DNA from: a bacterium
GTDB lineage: Bacteria; Verrucomicrobiota; Kiritimatiellia; CAIKKV01; CAITUY01
Assembly: GCA_037141135.1 (NCBI GenBank)
Contig: JBAXDB010000003.1
Span: forward strand, 1 to 56,753
Length of the DNA: 56,753 nucleotides
Direction: 5' to 3'
Part shown: piece by piece, positions 48,617-56,753 of the stretch
Position numbering within the stretch: the first letter of the stretch is position 1
How the letters are laid out: every line of letters begins with the position of its first letter
Translations under genes and position numbers: made by a program
Notes under the pieces: model-generated
Database searches by the model: none
Told to the model about the DNA's origin: nothing
Seen by the model: the letters and a program-made list of their open reading frames with translations, nothing else

Positions 48617-48847
48617 TTAAGTTTGCCGGGTAGAGCGCCATACCGTAATGGCGCTGTCAGGACACATTAGAGCGCACATCCCGCAACCCGTACAGCGCTC
48701 GGGATGATCCGCCACCAGATAGCGGTAGCCGGACTTATTCGCATGCCCCTGCTCAGAAAGCTTGGTCACATTGAATTTGCATGCTGCGAGACACACCCCG
48801 CACCCCTTGCACAATTCAATATTTATTTCAATTTTCCCTTTTGCCAT
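48617..48847 (-). CDS. 2x[4Fe-4S] ferredoxin (delta subunit)
   Basis: CKGCGVCLAAC and CTGCGMCALMCP. Confidence 0.92.
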   Translation of the reverse strand: MAKGKIEINIELCKGCGVCLAACKFNVTKLSEQGHANKSGYRYLVADHPERCTGCGMCALMCPDSAITVWRSTRQT

Positions 48848-48883
48848 TTACCACTCCTGCTCATTCAAAAGAAAGGGCTATAA

Positions 48884-48912
48884 AATTTACGATGATTCCC
48901 AACCACCCGCAA
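48884..48912 (-). promoter_or_regulatory. sigma70-type promoter for the vor-ilvE operon
   Basis: Minus strand TTGCGG-17 bp-TAAATT. Confidence 0.45.
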
Positions 48913-48942
48913 TATAAAATCGAGAGCGGTCGACATGTTTGT

Positions 48943-51900
48943 TCATGTGGCAGTTTCCGGCACAACGGGAATATCGGTGAACTCCACCCCGTAAAGCTCG
49001 CAAACCAATTCGTCAATCTGCCTGGTCGCTGCGTGAATTTGACGCTCAAGAGCCCCTTTATCGTGCGGAGATTTAGCGACTGCTGCCTCTTTATGTAAGG
49101 CGAGTATCGCCTCAACTAAATTCCGAAGAGTACCCGCCGCACGTTCGCGTGGTACAACGATTGGCAATTGTTCAATATACTGCCGATTGAGAGCGATGTA
49201 TCCACCCCGGAATGGAGTGCTTATGGCTCGAAGATAATGACTCAGTAAACTTGAATTTAGGATACCAAGAAGACAGAAGTAGTCCACCTTGGCATCGCCA
49301 CGGAGAGTGATTCCATATCCCCCGCCACCGCCCCCGCCACTACCGACAAAATAATACCGCCCCTCCAAATCCGGGGCAAAACAACCGCCTCTCGCGATTG
49401 ATGGGACGAGAAGCTTGGTGGTATTCATGCGAACATGGTTCTTCTTGTAGACATAACCATACCATTCAGCGCCAACTCTTCCTTTGTTACGTGATGATAA
49501 ACGGGACCTGCATTCGATAAGATAGGCCCAAGTAAGAGGATACCGGGCGGCATACTCAACTGCCGGAATCAATACAGATTTCCCGTCACGCGTCTCATAG
49601 GGAAATATAAGAAGTTTGGAAACATCCGAAAAATGGTAACGGCGAATATTTAACGAACCTTTGAGAAAAGGCTTCAAGTGAGAACTCTCAAACCAATGCT
49701 CCCGTCCACTATATTTCGAAGCGCAGAGGATCTGCCCCTTTTGACGTCTGATCTCTTCCAAGATGAATACGTCGTCGGCGTCCGTCTGGAGTCCTACAAA
49801 CAAATCAGCGATGTCTCCAAGTTTTAACGGACACTTACTAAGCGTGTTTAAAACATTTGCCCCAGCGCCAACGGCAAAGTTCCACTCTGCCTTTGTTATA
49901 AGCCTGGTCGGGATACGGCCCTCCGTGGTCTTTGCATTCGTCTTTTGACGTCGCACATGATAGACAGCCGCCGCTTCACGAATATTTTCAGCCTGTGGTT
50001 GGACATCGACTGCAACATCTAAGGGTTCCAATAGTTCCAGCTTCCATGCGTTCAAGTCATTCACTTTTACAAAATGACATTCCTCCACGCCTTTCTTGTC
50101 AAGGAACAGAAGGCATGTATAGGTTGTTGCACCGATGAAAATTTGCTGATCGCCGAAATGGACTACATGGGCGAGGTGTTTGCCATCAGCAATGAGCCCA
50201 CGAAGCGCTTCGCCGTACTGAGCATTAAAGAACTTGTGCGGCAGAATAAAGCCCAGCCGCCCGGTCTTGTTCAGGAGGTTCAGAGCCTTTTCAACAAAGA
50301 CAACGTAAATATCATAGTTTCCGGCCGCAGCCGACCGGTAAAGCGTTTTGTAAAGTTCCACCTCAACCGGAGCCCATTCCTTCATCACCTGAATACGGAT
50401 ATAGGGTGGATTACCGATGATCGCATCAAACCCGCCATCTCCCTTTCCGAACACCTCAGGAAAAGCCTGCTGCCAGTCGAAAACGTTAATGCGATAGCGC
50501 TCTTCCTCCGGAAGCAAAGAGAGCTGCTGATACCTGTAAGCTTCCGAACCGATTAAGGAGTTGCCGCATTTGATATTGCTGCCAAGGTCGGGTAAGGCGC
50601 GCTGATGAAAAAGCTCAAACTGCTTCGTAATACTTTCTTTGGATTCGCCTTCAAGAACCTTCAGGAGCAGAGAGAGCTTTGTAACTTCAACAGCCTGCGA
50701 GTCAATGTCCACACCGTAAATGTTGTTCAGAAGGATGCGTTTACGCTCGTCCGTGGTCAACCGGTAGTCTGTCCCAACCCGATATAGAAACTTGCCGTTT
50801 TTCTCCGGCCCGTCTTTGACGTAGTAATCGCGATGCCAGTCGAGCAGGAACTGAAATGCCTCAATAAGAAACGAGCCCGAGCCGCAAGCCATGTCACAGA
50901 AGCGGAGCTTCGCGACCTGGCGTGGCGTCTTGCCTTCGATTTGGGCCCCGATAGTTTGACGAACAATCGACTTAGTGATGAAGTCCGGCGTATAGAACAC
51001 ACCCCCCGCATTTCGTACCTCGGGCTTCTTCTCAACTTTTGCCTGATGCCCTTCTGTCAACCGGATCACATTGCCGAGGAATCGTTCATACACCTGGCCC
51101 AAAATGTCTGCGGACAAGACAGAAAACTCATAGGGGCTATCCGGGTAGTAGAGATTGGCGAAAATATCCTTCAAAACCTTATCGTCAAGGTTCAACGATA
51201 ACGATAACTCGTCAGGAAGTTCGGGGCGCCCCTTTTCACCTTGGAAATGAAACAAGCCGGAGTTGTAGCGCTCATCTGCCCGCTGAAAGAACTCGCAAAG
51301 CCGGGGATAAACCCGCTCGCCGTTTTGCAGAGTCATCAATCGACCATAAGGTTCAATGCCCCGATCTTCGCAGATGCGTAAAAAGATGATCCGGTCGATC
51401 GTACGCTGAACGGAAAAATTTAGTTCGCGTTGCGTAAGTTTTGGGTTACGCATGGCGATATTCCGGGCGAGTAAGTCACGCCAGCGTTCAATTTCCTCAA
51501 GGAAGGCATTATCAACAGTGGCCGTTCCCCGCTTGCCCTTAGAACTTTCCGCGAATTTATCGAACGAGCCTTTCAGAACGGCGTCCCGTGAGAATATTGC
51601 GGCGATATCATCCCACTTCTCGGCATACTGCTCACAGGTCAGATACAACACGCGCCCGACAGCCGAGGAGTCGTTTTTACTTGGCTTGATCCGGCAGTCG
51701 TAAACCGCAAATTCCTCAAAGTCGGTCAAGATGCTCAAGGGCAATTTGGCGGACCAGCCATAACGCCGGAGTTGGTAGGCCGGATGCGGCGAGTCCTTGA
51801 TGTTCACAGACGGTTTTTTACACTCGACAAAAAACTTGCGGGCACCGCCAATTCGGAAACACGAATCAGGCGCCTCAGTCGCTACGCCAATTTTCAAGGC

Positions 51901-52092
51901 GTCTTCATGAATAACATCCTTGTAGGCTTCGGCATAACCCAATTCATTGTGAACATCCCAGCCCAGGGCCTTGAAAAATGGATCAATGAATTCGACACGG
52001 ATCGGAATCTCTTTGTATTGACCTGACTGATACGACTCGCGCTGTTGGGCGAAGCGTTCCAGCAATCTTGTAATCTCTTTTGGTATGGCCAT
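48943..52092 (-). CDS. Type IIG restriction-modification enzyme (REase-N6 MTase-TRD)
   Basis: FIDPFF..APD..VECKK nuclease motif, DMACGSGSFL motif I, IIGNPPY motif IV, TaqI-C-like TRD (QYIEQLPI); start MAIPKE. Confidence 0.92.
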   Translation of the reverse strand: MAIPKEITRLLERFAQQRESYQSGQYKEIPIRVEFIDPFFKALGWDVHNELGYAEAYKDVIHEDALKIGVATEAPDSCFRIGGARKFFVECKKPSVNIKDSPHPAYQLRRYGWSAKLPLSILTDFEEFAVYDCRIKPSKNDSSAVGRVLYLTCEQYAEKWDDIAAIFSRDAVLKGSFDKFAESSKGKRGTATVDNAFLEEIERWRDLLARNIAMRNPKLTQRELNFSVQRTIDRIIFLRICEDRGIEPYGRLMTLQNGERVYPRLCEFFQRADERYNSGLFHFQGEKGRPELPDELSLSLNLDDKVLKDIFANLYYPDSPYEFSVLSADILGQVYERFLGNVIRLTEGHQAKVEKKPEVRNAGGVFYTPDFITKSIVRQTIGAQIEGKTPRQVAKLRFCDMACGSGSFLIEAFQFLLDWHRDYYVKDGPEKNGKFLYRVGTDYRLTTDERKRILLNNIYGVDIDSQAVEVTKLSLLLKVLEGESKESITKQFELFHQRALPDLGSNIKCGNSLIGSEAYRYQQLSLLPEEERYRINVFDWQQAFPEVFGKGDGGFDAIIGNPPYIRIQVMKEWAPVEVELYKTLYRSAAAGNYDIYVVFVEKALNLLNKTGRLGFILPHKFFNAQYGEALRGLIADGKHLAHVVHFGDQQIFIGATTYTCLLFLDKKGVEECHFVKVNDLNAWKLELLEPLDVAVDVQPQAENIREAAAVYHVRRQKTNAKTTEGRIPTRLITKAEWNFAVGAGANVLNTLSKCPLKLGDIADLFVGLQTDADDVFILEEIRRQKGQILCASKYSGREHWFESSHLKPFLKGSLNIRRYHFSDVSKLLIFPYETRDGKSVLIPAVEYAARYPLTWAYLIECRSRLSSRNKGRVGAEWYGYVYKKNHVRMNTTKLLVPSIARGGCFAPDLEGRYYFVGSGGGGGGGYGITLRGDAKVDYFCLLGILNSSLLSHYLRAISTPFRGGYIALNRQYIEQLPIVVPRERAAGTLRNLVEAILALHKEAAVAKSPHDKGALERQIHAATRQIDELVCELYGVEFTDIPVVPETAT

Positions 52093-52297
52093 TTTGTTCA
52101 ACTTCAATGATGTATGTCGTGAACGATAGCACAGCAAGCGGCATAATCGAGTCTTTCCTGATTATTGTCTTACTGGAAATAGGCCATCGAGATAGAGACC
52201 AACCGAACCATTTACATTCCACCAACGTTTAATCTATTTGAGCCCTACAAAAGGTTGTATATACTGTCGGGGCAGTACTTAAAGAAGGAATCATCTT

Positions 52298-53470
52298 ATG
52301 AAAAAACATCCATTTATCGCGTCGTTCTTTTTCGCCAGCCTGCTTGCCTTGACATTTACGGCATCTGCCGCCCCCGAAACACTTGTCTCCAAACAAGCGG
52401 TGGGGGGAAAGATCGATATCTCCACCGCCAAGGAAGCGGAAGCCGCCATTAACCGTGGTCTGGATTGGCTCGCCGCCCAGCAGAAGGAGGACGGATCCTG
52501 GTCCGAGGCGAGTTTCCCAGCCCTCACCGCCCTCCCCCTCTGGGCGTTCAGCATGAGCAACCATCCTAAAAAGGCCGAAATCACCGCCAAGGCCGCTAAA
52601 TTCATTCTGAGTAATGTGCAGCCTGATGGCGGCATCTATCGAAAACTTCCCGGCAAAGGCGGCGGACTAAGCAACTATAATACCGCTCTCTGCATGATTG
52701 CCCTGCATTCGCTGAATGACCCCACCTATACGCCCGTGGTGCTTAAGGCCCGTAAATTTGTGGCCGCAGGCCAGCACTTCGGAAGTGACGTCTATGAGGG
52801 CGGCATGGGTTATGACCGCGAAACCGGCCGTGACTATACCGATTTGAGCGATTCTGTCATCGCCTACGAATCCATGCGCCTGACCCAAAGCGTTGAAGAC
52901 CTACGCGATAAATCCGAAGCCCATGTCGATCTGGATTGGGCCGCCGCTGTGCGTTACCTCGACCGGGTCCAGAACAAGCCCGCCTCAGGCGCTGAAAATG
53001 CCGGTGGCTTCGGTTACCGTCCAGATGAAAGCAAAGCCGGCACCAGCACTAACAAGGAAGGGGCCGTCATCTTTCGCTCGTATGGAAGCATGACCTACGC
53101 CGGCTTATTGAGTTTGATCTATGCCGACGTGAATAAGAATGATCCCCGCGTTCAGTCCGCCTTCGATTGGGCCGCCAAACACTGGACTCTGGAAGAAAAC
53201 CCGGGCATGGGCAATCAGGGACTCTTTTATTTCTACAGCGTCCTCAGCAAGGCGCTGGCAGCCTATGGCCGTGACACCATTCCCTCCAAGGATCAAAGTC
53301 AGATCTTATGGCGCGATGCACTTGTCAAAAAATTGATCAACCTGCAAAAAGTGGACTCCAAGACCGGCCATGGGTACTGGGTCAACAACAATAACCGCTT
53401 TTGGGAGGCCAACGATATCCTGGTGACTTCTTACACGCTATTGGCTCTAGAAGTGACGATGGGGAAATAA
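52298..53470 (+). CDS. Secreted prenyltransferase/squalene-oxidase repeat protein
   Basis: Signal peptide; repeated QW-like motifs (WLAAQQKEDGSW, VQPDGGI, GGFGY); AAGGA RBS. Confidence 0.82.
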   Translation: MKKHPFIASFFFASLLALTFTASAAPETLVSKQAVGGKIDISTAKEAEAAINRGLDWLAAQQKEDGSWSEASFPALTALPLWAFSMSNHPKKAEITAKAAKFILSNVQPDGGIYRKLPGKGGGLSNYNTALCMIALHSLNDPTYTPVVLKARKFVAAGQHFGSDVYEGGMGYDRETGRDYTDLSDSVIAYESMRLTQSVEDLRDKSEAHVDLDWAAAVRYLDRVQNKPASGAENAGGFGYRPDESKAGTSTNKEGAVIFRSYGSMTYAGLLSLIYADVNKNDPRVQSAFDWAAKHWTLEENPGMGNQGLFYFYSVLSKALAAYGRDTIPSKDQSQILWRDALVKKLINLQKVDSKTGHGYWVNNNNRFWEANDILVTSYTLLALEVTMGK

Positions 53471-53475
53471 GGGTA

Positions 53476-53544
53476 TTAGCGAGCAGTGTGCAGTGAGCAG
53501 CAGGCAGAAACTTCTGCTTACTGCCCACTGATGTCTGCCTACTG
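53476..53544. repeat. Inverted pair of GCAGnnn heptamer arrays
   Basis: gcagtgt gcagtga gcagcag gcagaaa facing cttctgc ttactgc ccactga tgtctgc ctactg, between convergent genes. Confidence 0.7.
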
Positions 53545-54342
53545 TTTCAGCGCCTCATTCATACTACCCGTCCGGTAGCCCTGAAGGTCGGCGGCAACAT
53601 ACTTAAAGCCAGCTTCTTTGGCCGTCTTGATCACAATCTCACGTACTTCAGGCTCGCAGAGTCGCGATAATTCTGACGGATCCACCTCGATGCGGGCAAT
53701 CTCACCATGATGCCGCACACGCAGTTGGCGAAACCCCATCTTCCACAGCACGCCCTCAACATGATCAATTGCCTTCAGTTTTTCTTCGGTAATCGGGGTC
53801 CCAAAGGGCACCCGCGAGGCCAGACAGGCCAGGGACGGCTTATCCGCTGTCGGCAGATTCATCTGCCGCGATAACGCCCTGACTTCGATTTTGGTCATGC
53901 CCACTTCCAGCAAGGGACTTCGCACCCGGCCTTCTGCCATCGCACGCCGCCCCGGCCGGATATCGCCCAGATCGTCCATTGTGGTTCCGTCCACAATCAC
54001 CTTAATCCCCTCACGATCGGCTATCTCCCGGACATAGTGCACGAGCTCTTTCTTGCAGTAATAACAACGATCGGGCGGATTGGCGGAAAAACACGGATCA
54101 TTGATTTCGTGCGTTGAGATCTCAATTTGGCGGATTCCCATATTCCGAGCCTGTTCGGCAGCCTCTTTCTGCTCCCACTCAGGATAGGTGGAGGAAAGGG
54201 CTGTTACCGCCACGGCGCGGTCGCCCAAAACCTGAACAGCCACCGCCGCCAGAAACGTGCTATCCACACCACCGGAATAGGCCACCACCACCCCTCCGGT
54301 TTCCCGCAATAGATTTTGAAGTTTTACTAATTTATTTTGCAT
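53539..54342 (-). CDS. larE: ATP-dependent sulfur insertase LarE
   Basis: AYSGGVDS PP-loop, RCYYCK, RPG, ACLASR, RVRHHG, GYRTGSMN. Confidence 0.92.
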   Translation of the reverse strand: MQNKLVKLQNLLRETGGVVVAYSGGVDSTFLAAVAVQVLGDRAVAVTALSSTYPEWEQKEAAEQARNMGIRQIEISTHEINDPCFSANPPDRCYYCKKELVHYVREIADREGIKVIVDGTTMDDLGDIRPGRRAMAEGRVRSPLLEVGMTKIEVRALSRQMNLPTADKPSLACLASRVPFGTPITEEKLKAIDHVEGVLWKMGFRQLRVRHHGEIARIEVDPSELSRLCEPEVREIVIKTAKEAGFKYVAADLQGYRTGSMNEALKQ

Positions 54343-54706
54343 GCGTCCCCTTTGCCTCTTCCCCCACCCGCAAATACATCGTCACCGCCGGTGCTCCCGC
54401 ATTCGTTGCCGCCACCCGCCATTCACACCACCCTGCCACGGCGGCTGAATTACTCGCCGGAGCTGCAGTCACCAGCCAGCCTTGTTGACCCGCTTGATCC
54501 ACAATAGCTTGTTGCTCCATTCCTGACAAGGACTGGGATAATATGGTTTCACCTTCAAGCACAGCCGACAAACGAAGTCGCGCAAAGGATTCCGCCCGCA
54601 AAGTATTAAGGTGGACATGCACCAACACACCAACAATCACCCCGAGAATGGCGAGTGCCACCAGGGACTCTATAAGCGTGAATCCGTTTTTATTCACAGA
54701 ACTCAC
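54332..54706 (-). CDS. Prepilin-type minor pseudopilin (GspI-like)
   Basis: GFTLIESLVALAIL N-methylation motif. Confidence 0.8.
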   Translation of the reverse strand: MSSVNKNGFTLIESLVALAILGVIVGVLVHVHLNTLRAESFARLRLSAVLEGETILSQSLSGMEQQAIVDQAGQQGWLVTAAPASNSAAVAGWCEWRVAATNAGAPAVTMYLRVGEEAKGTHAK

Positions 54707-55134
54707 AAATTCGCGCTACTGATGTCAGCGGCCTCACCCGTGCCGCCTTCCTCCCCATCGGAACCATAGGATACGATTTCGTAAGGTTCCCCTTTTCTGC
54801 CGGGCACAAGATAGATATAGGGATTCCCCCAGGGATCCTTGGGCAGGTTGCGGCTCTCCAGATAGCCCTCGGCAGGATACTCCTTTGGCAGCGGAGGGAT
54901 GGAGGTCGCCACACATAATGCCTCAAGCCCCTGCGCGGTGGAAGGGTACTGGGCATGCGCCGCCTTGTACATCTGCAATGCCGTCTGAAACGTTTTAATC
55001 TGCGCGCGGGAAGCTTCCAGCTTGGCCTTCCGCAAATAGCCCGCCACGGATAACCCGACTACGCCAGACAAAATACCAATGATCGTCATCGCGATCAGAA
55101 TCTCAATTAAAGTAAAACCGCTTCGCTTGTTCAT
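54703..55134 (-). CDS. gspG: Type II secretion major pseudopilin GspG
   Basis: GFTLIE, YPSTAQGLEAL, LPKDPWGNPYIY, SYGSDGEEGG. Confidence 0.92.
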   Translation of the reverse strand: MNKRSGFTLIEILIAMTIIGILSGVVGLSVAGYLRKAKLEASRAQIKTFQTALQMYKAAHAQYPSTAQGLEALCVATSIPPLPKEYPAEGYLESRNLPKDPWGNPYIYLVPGRKGEPYEIVSYGSDGEEGGTGEAADISSANL

Positions 55135-56753
55135 TCATCCTCCCGCTCACCACCCAGTTTGCCGCCGCAAAACTTATCATAGAGTGCGTCCAACTTCGCC
55201 ACATAATACGGCACATTCTCATCCCGCTCAACGGGATTCCACTCTCCCACCAGACGCGCCGCCGCAAAGACCTGAACGCTTTTCTTCGCTCCAGCCACAT
55301 AATAGGCTAACTGGTCACCTGCCCGATAATCCCTGCCGGACTTCAAGGCCAGTTCATAAGCCGCATTCCGCCCGCGCCCCTTCCCTTCGAGTTTGGCGGA
55401 ATAGGTGGCAGGGGCATCCTGCAATGTTTCCGTTTTGGCCAGCATCGCAATGGGCCACTGACGCTCCTTAATGGCCGCTTCAAATTGCGCCTTCAACGCC
55501 GGAAGTTCCTTATCTTTCCCATCCAATTTGAAACGGATCAACTCGCGAAGAAATTTCCGTTGGAAAGGTTCAAGCCCTCTCGACTTCAACGCCGCGCCTT
55601 TAATAATAATTTCCTGCTTCTCCGTCAGCAGCGCGTAATTCTTCATCTTGTAGCTGAACATCGCCACATATTCGCCATCAAACTCAACATCAATGCCCTC
55701 CGGCAAGGACTCGGAAAAGCGGTTTCTAAATGCTTTCTGGGCGCTAACGCCACCTGCAGGGGGAATATAATAAACACCATCCGTATCGATCTCGACAGGC
55801 TGCGCGCCATTCTGCTTCAACCAGTCAATCATGTGGCGCAGCAGTTCCCGCCCTTCCGACGCCACCCGCTCGGCGGCATCGAAATCGCTGAATCGGACCT
55901 GATCGAATCCAAGATACCCATAGAAGGAGTTAATCAAGATCTTAAAGGTGGATTGCAAGGCGCCGAAATGGATCCGCTCACCTTCAGAACCCGCCTGCTG
56001 TTCATGCTGCCTGGCATCCAGTCGGAACCGGCGCAACTGCTCCAAGAGCAGATGAAATACGCCCAGGCTGTCAGTCTTGGGGCCGATTTTACGTGTCAAC
56101 ATAAGCGAGGGATAAAGCGAGCGCACATCGCAATGATGTACGTTTTGAATGACGCCCTCCATAAACATATCCGTATATCCCCCGGCAAAGGGGCGCCCCC
56201 GTTCAGGCATGGGAATGGCCCTTTTCTGTCGGAGATATTCCCGCAGTATGAGGGCATCAATTTTGGTCGCATTCCCCCGGATGGCAATATTCTGGTACGA
56301 GAAGGGAATCATCTGGGCCTGGATAAACGCACTTTGCGAAAGCAGGCGACTCAGCGCCTCGGTTTCATCGATATCATGCAAGGCATACTGCATCAGCTTT
56401 TCAGGATTGCGCTTAAACTCCGCCGATATCTCGCTCCCTTCGATATAGATCCGGTCCGCCGGCGCGATGCCGAAATGTCGGGCTACATCTTTGAGCCCAT
56501 ACCCATCGAGTGCACGATGGGTAATGTCATACGCCTGAACCATGAAGTAGGTATCCACGATCTGCCGGCCAAACACCTCAAACCGCGTGAATGAAATCGT
56601 CCGCTCTCCCACCGAGAACCGGCTGGGCCGTGAATCCGGCGTGGCCCCGTTCCGGCCAATCGCCAGTTTCACCCCGCAACGCTTGGCGCGTTTCGTGAGA
56701 TAGGGCAGATCGAAATTGAAAATATTATGCCCTTCAATGACGTCTGGATCCCG
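55131..56753 (-). CDS. polB: Family B DNA polymerase (5' end outside the window)
   Basis: Frame is open to the window edge (DPDVIEGHNIFNFDLPY ExoII); YALHD ExoIII, DVRSLYPS, KILINSFYG, IDTDG, KNYA. Confidence 0.93.
   Translation of the reverse strand, partial: RDPDVIEGHNIFNFDLPYLTKRAKRCGVKLAIGRNGATPDSRPSRFSVGERTISFTRFEVFGRQIVDTYFMVQAYDITHRALDGYGLKDVARHFGIAPADRIYIEGSEISAEFKRNPEKLMQYALHDIDETEALSRLLSQSAFIQAQMIPFSYQNIAIRGNATKIDALILREYLRQKRAIPMPERGRPFAGGYTDMFMEGVIQNVHHCDVRSLYPSLMLTRKIGPKTDSLGVFHLLLEQLRRFRLDARQHEQQAGSEGERIHFGALQSTFKILINSFYGYLGFDQVRFSDFDAAERVASEGRELLRHMIDWLKQNGAQPVEIDTDGVYYIPPAGGVSAQKAFRNRFSESLPEGIDVEFDGEYVAMFSYKMKNYALLTEKQEIIIKGAALKSRGLEPFQRKFLRELIRFKLDGKDKELPALKAQFEAAIKERQWPIAMLAKTETLQDAPATYSAKLEGKGRGRNAAYELALKSGRDYRAGDQLAYYVAGAKKSVQVFAAARLVGEWNPVERDENVPYYVAKLDALYDKFCGGKLGGEREDE

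Noticed and set aside
52245-52260. TACAA-N4-TTGTA palindrome resembling an NrdR box
   Set aside because: Only about 10/16 match, single copy, and the flanking genes are not ribonucleotide reductases
55485-56594. 369 aa plus-strand ORF
   Set aside because: Antisense shadow of polB

Overview
A gene-dense chromosomal window from a probably anaerobic bacterium. The gene mix (exosortases with EpsI, prenyltransferase-repeat protein, PolB, Vor, desulfoferrodoxin) suggests PVC or a similar lineage; this is inference. Left to right it holds nrdR-hyp-purC, a NUDIX protein and a hybrid REC/HK. Next is a long minus-strand redox cluster (thioredoxin lipoprotein, rubredoxin missed by the ORF track, desulfoferrodoxin, ferritin, Cys-rich hypothetical, DsbD, zwf). 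It sits behind a near-consensus sigma54 promoter directly downstream of a bEBP with a catalytically dead ArsC/LMW-PTP-like domain plus PAS. Then come an archaeal-style ThyA, a CoaB-HD phosphohydrolase fusion, Crp/Fnr, and ArsR with a CoADR-rhodanese-TusA-DsrE fusion. An ~18 kb exosortase-linked EPS locus follows, then an LtaS-like gene bracketed by a duplicated promoter, a Zn-ribbon/radical SAM/FHA trio, a second exosortase, DUF711/ACT, a CcdA-like protein, ilvE-vor, a Type IIG R-M enzyme, larE, two T2SS pseudopilins and a family-B DNA polymerase cut by the window edge. No rRNA, tRNA, CRISPR array or transposase was seen. At least two families of small non-autonomous repeats are present (CCCCTCC..GGAGGGG palindromes and CAG-core heptamer arrays), and two copies have become protein-coding sequence.
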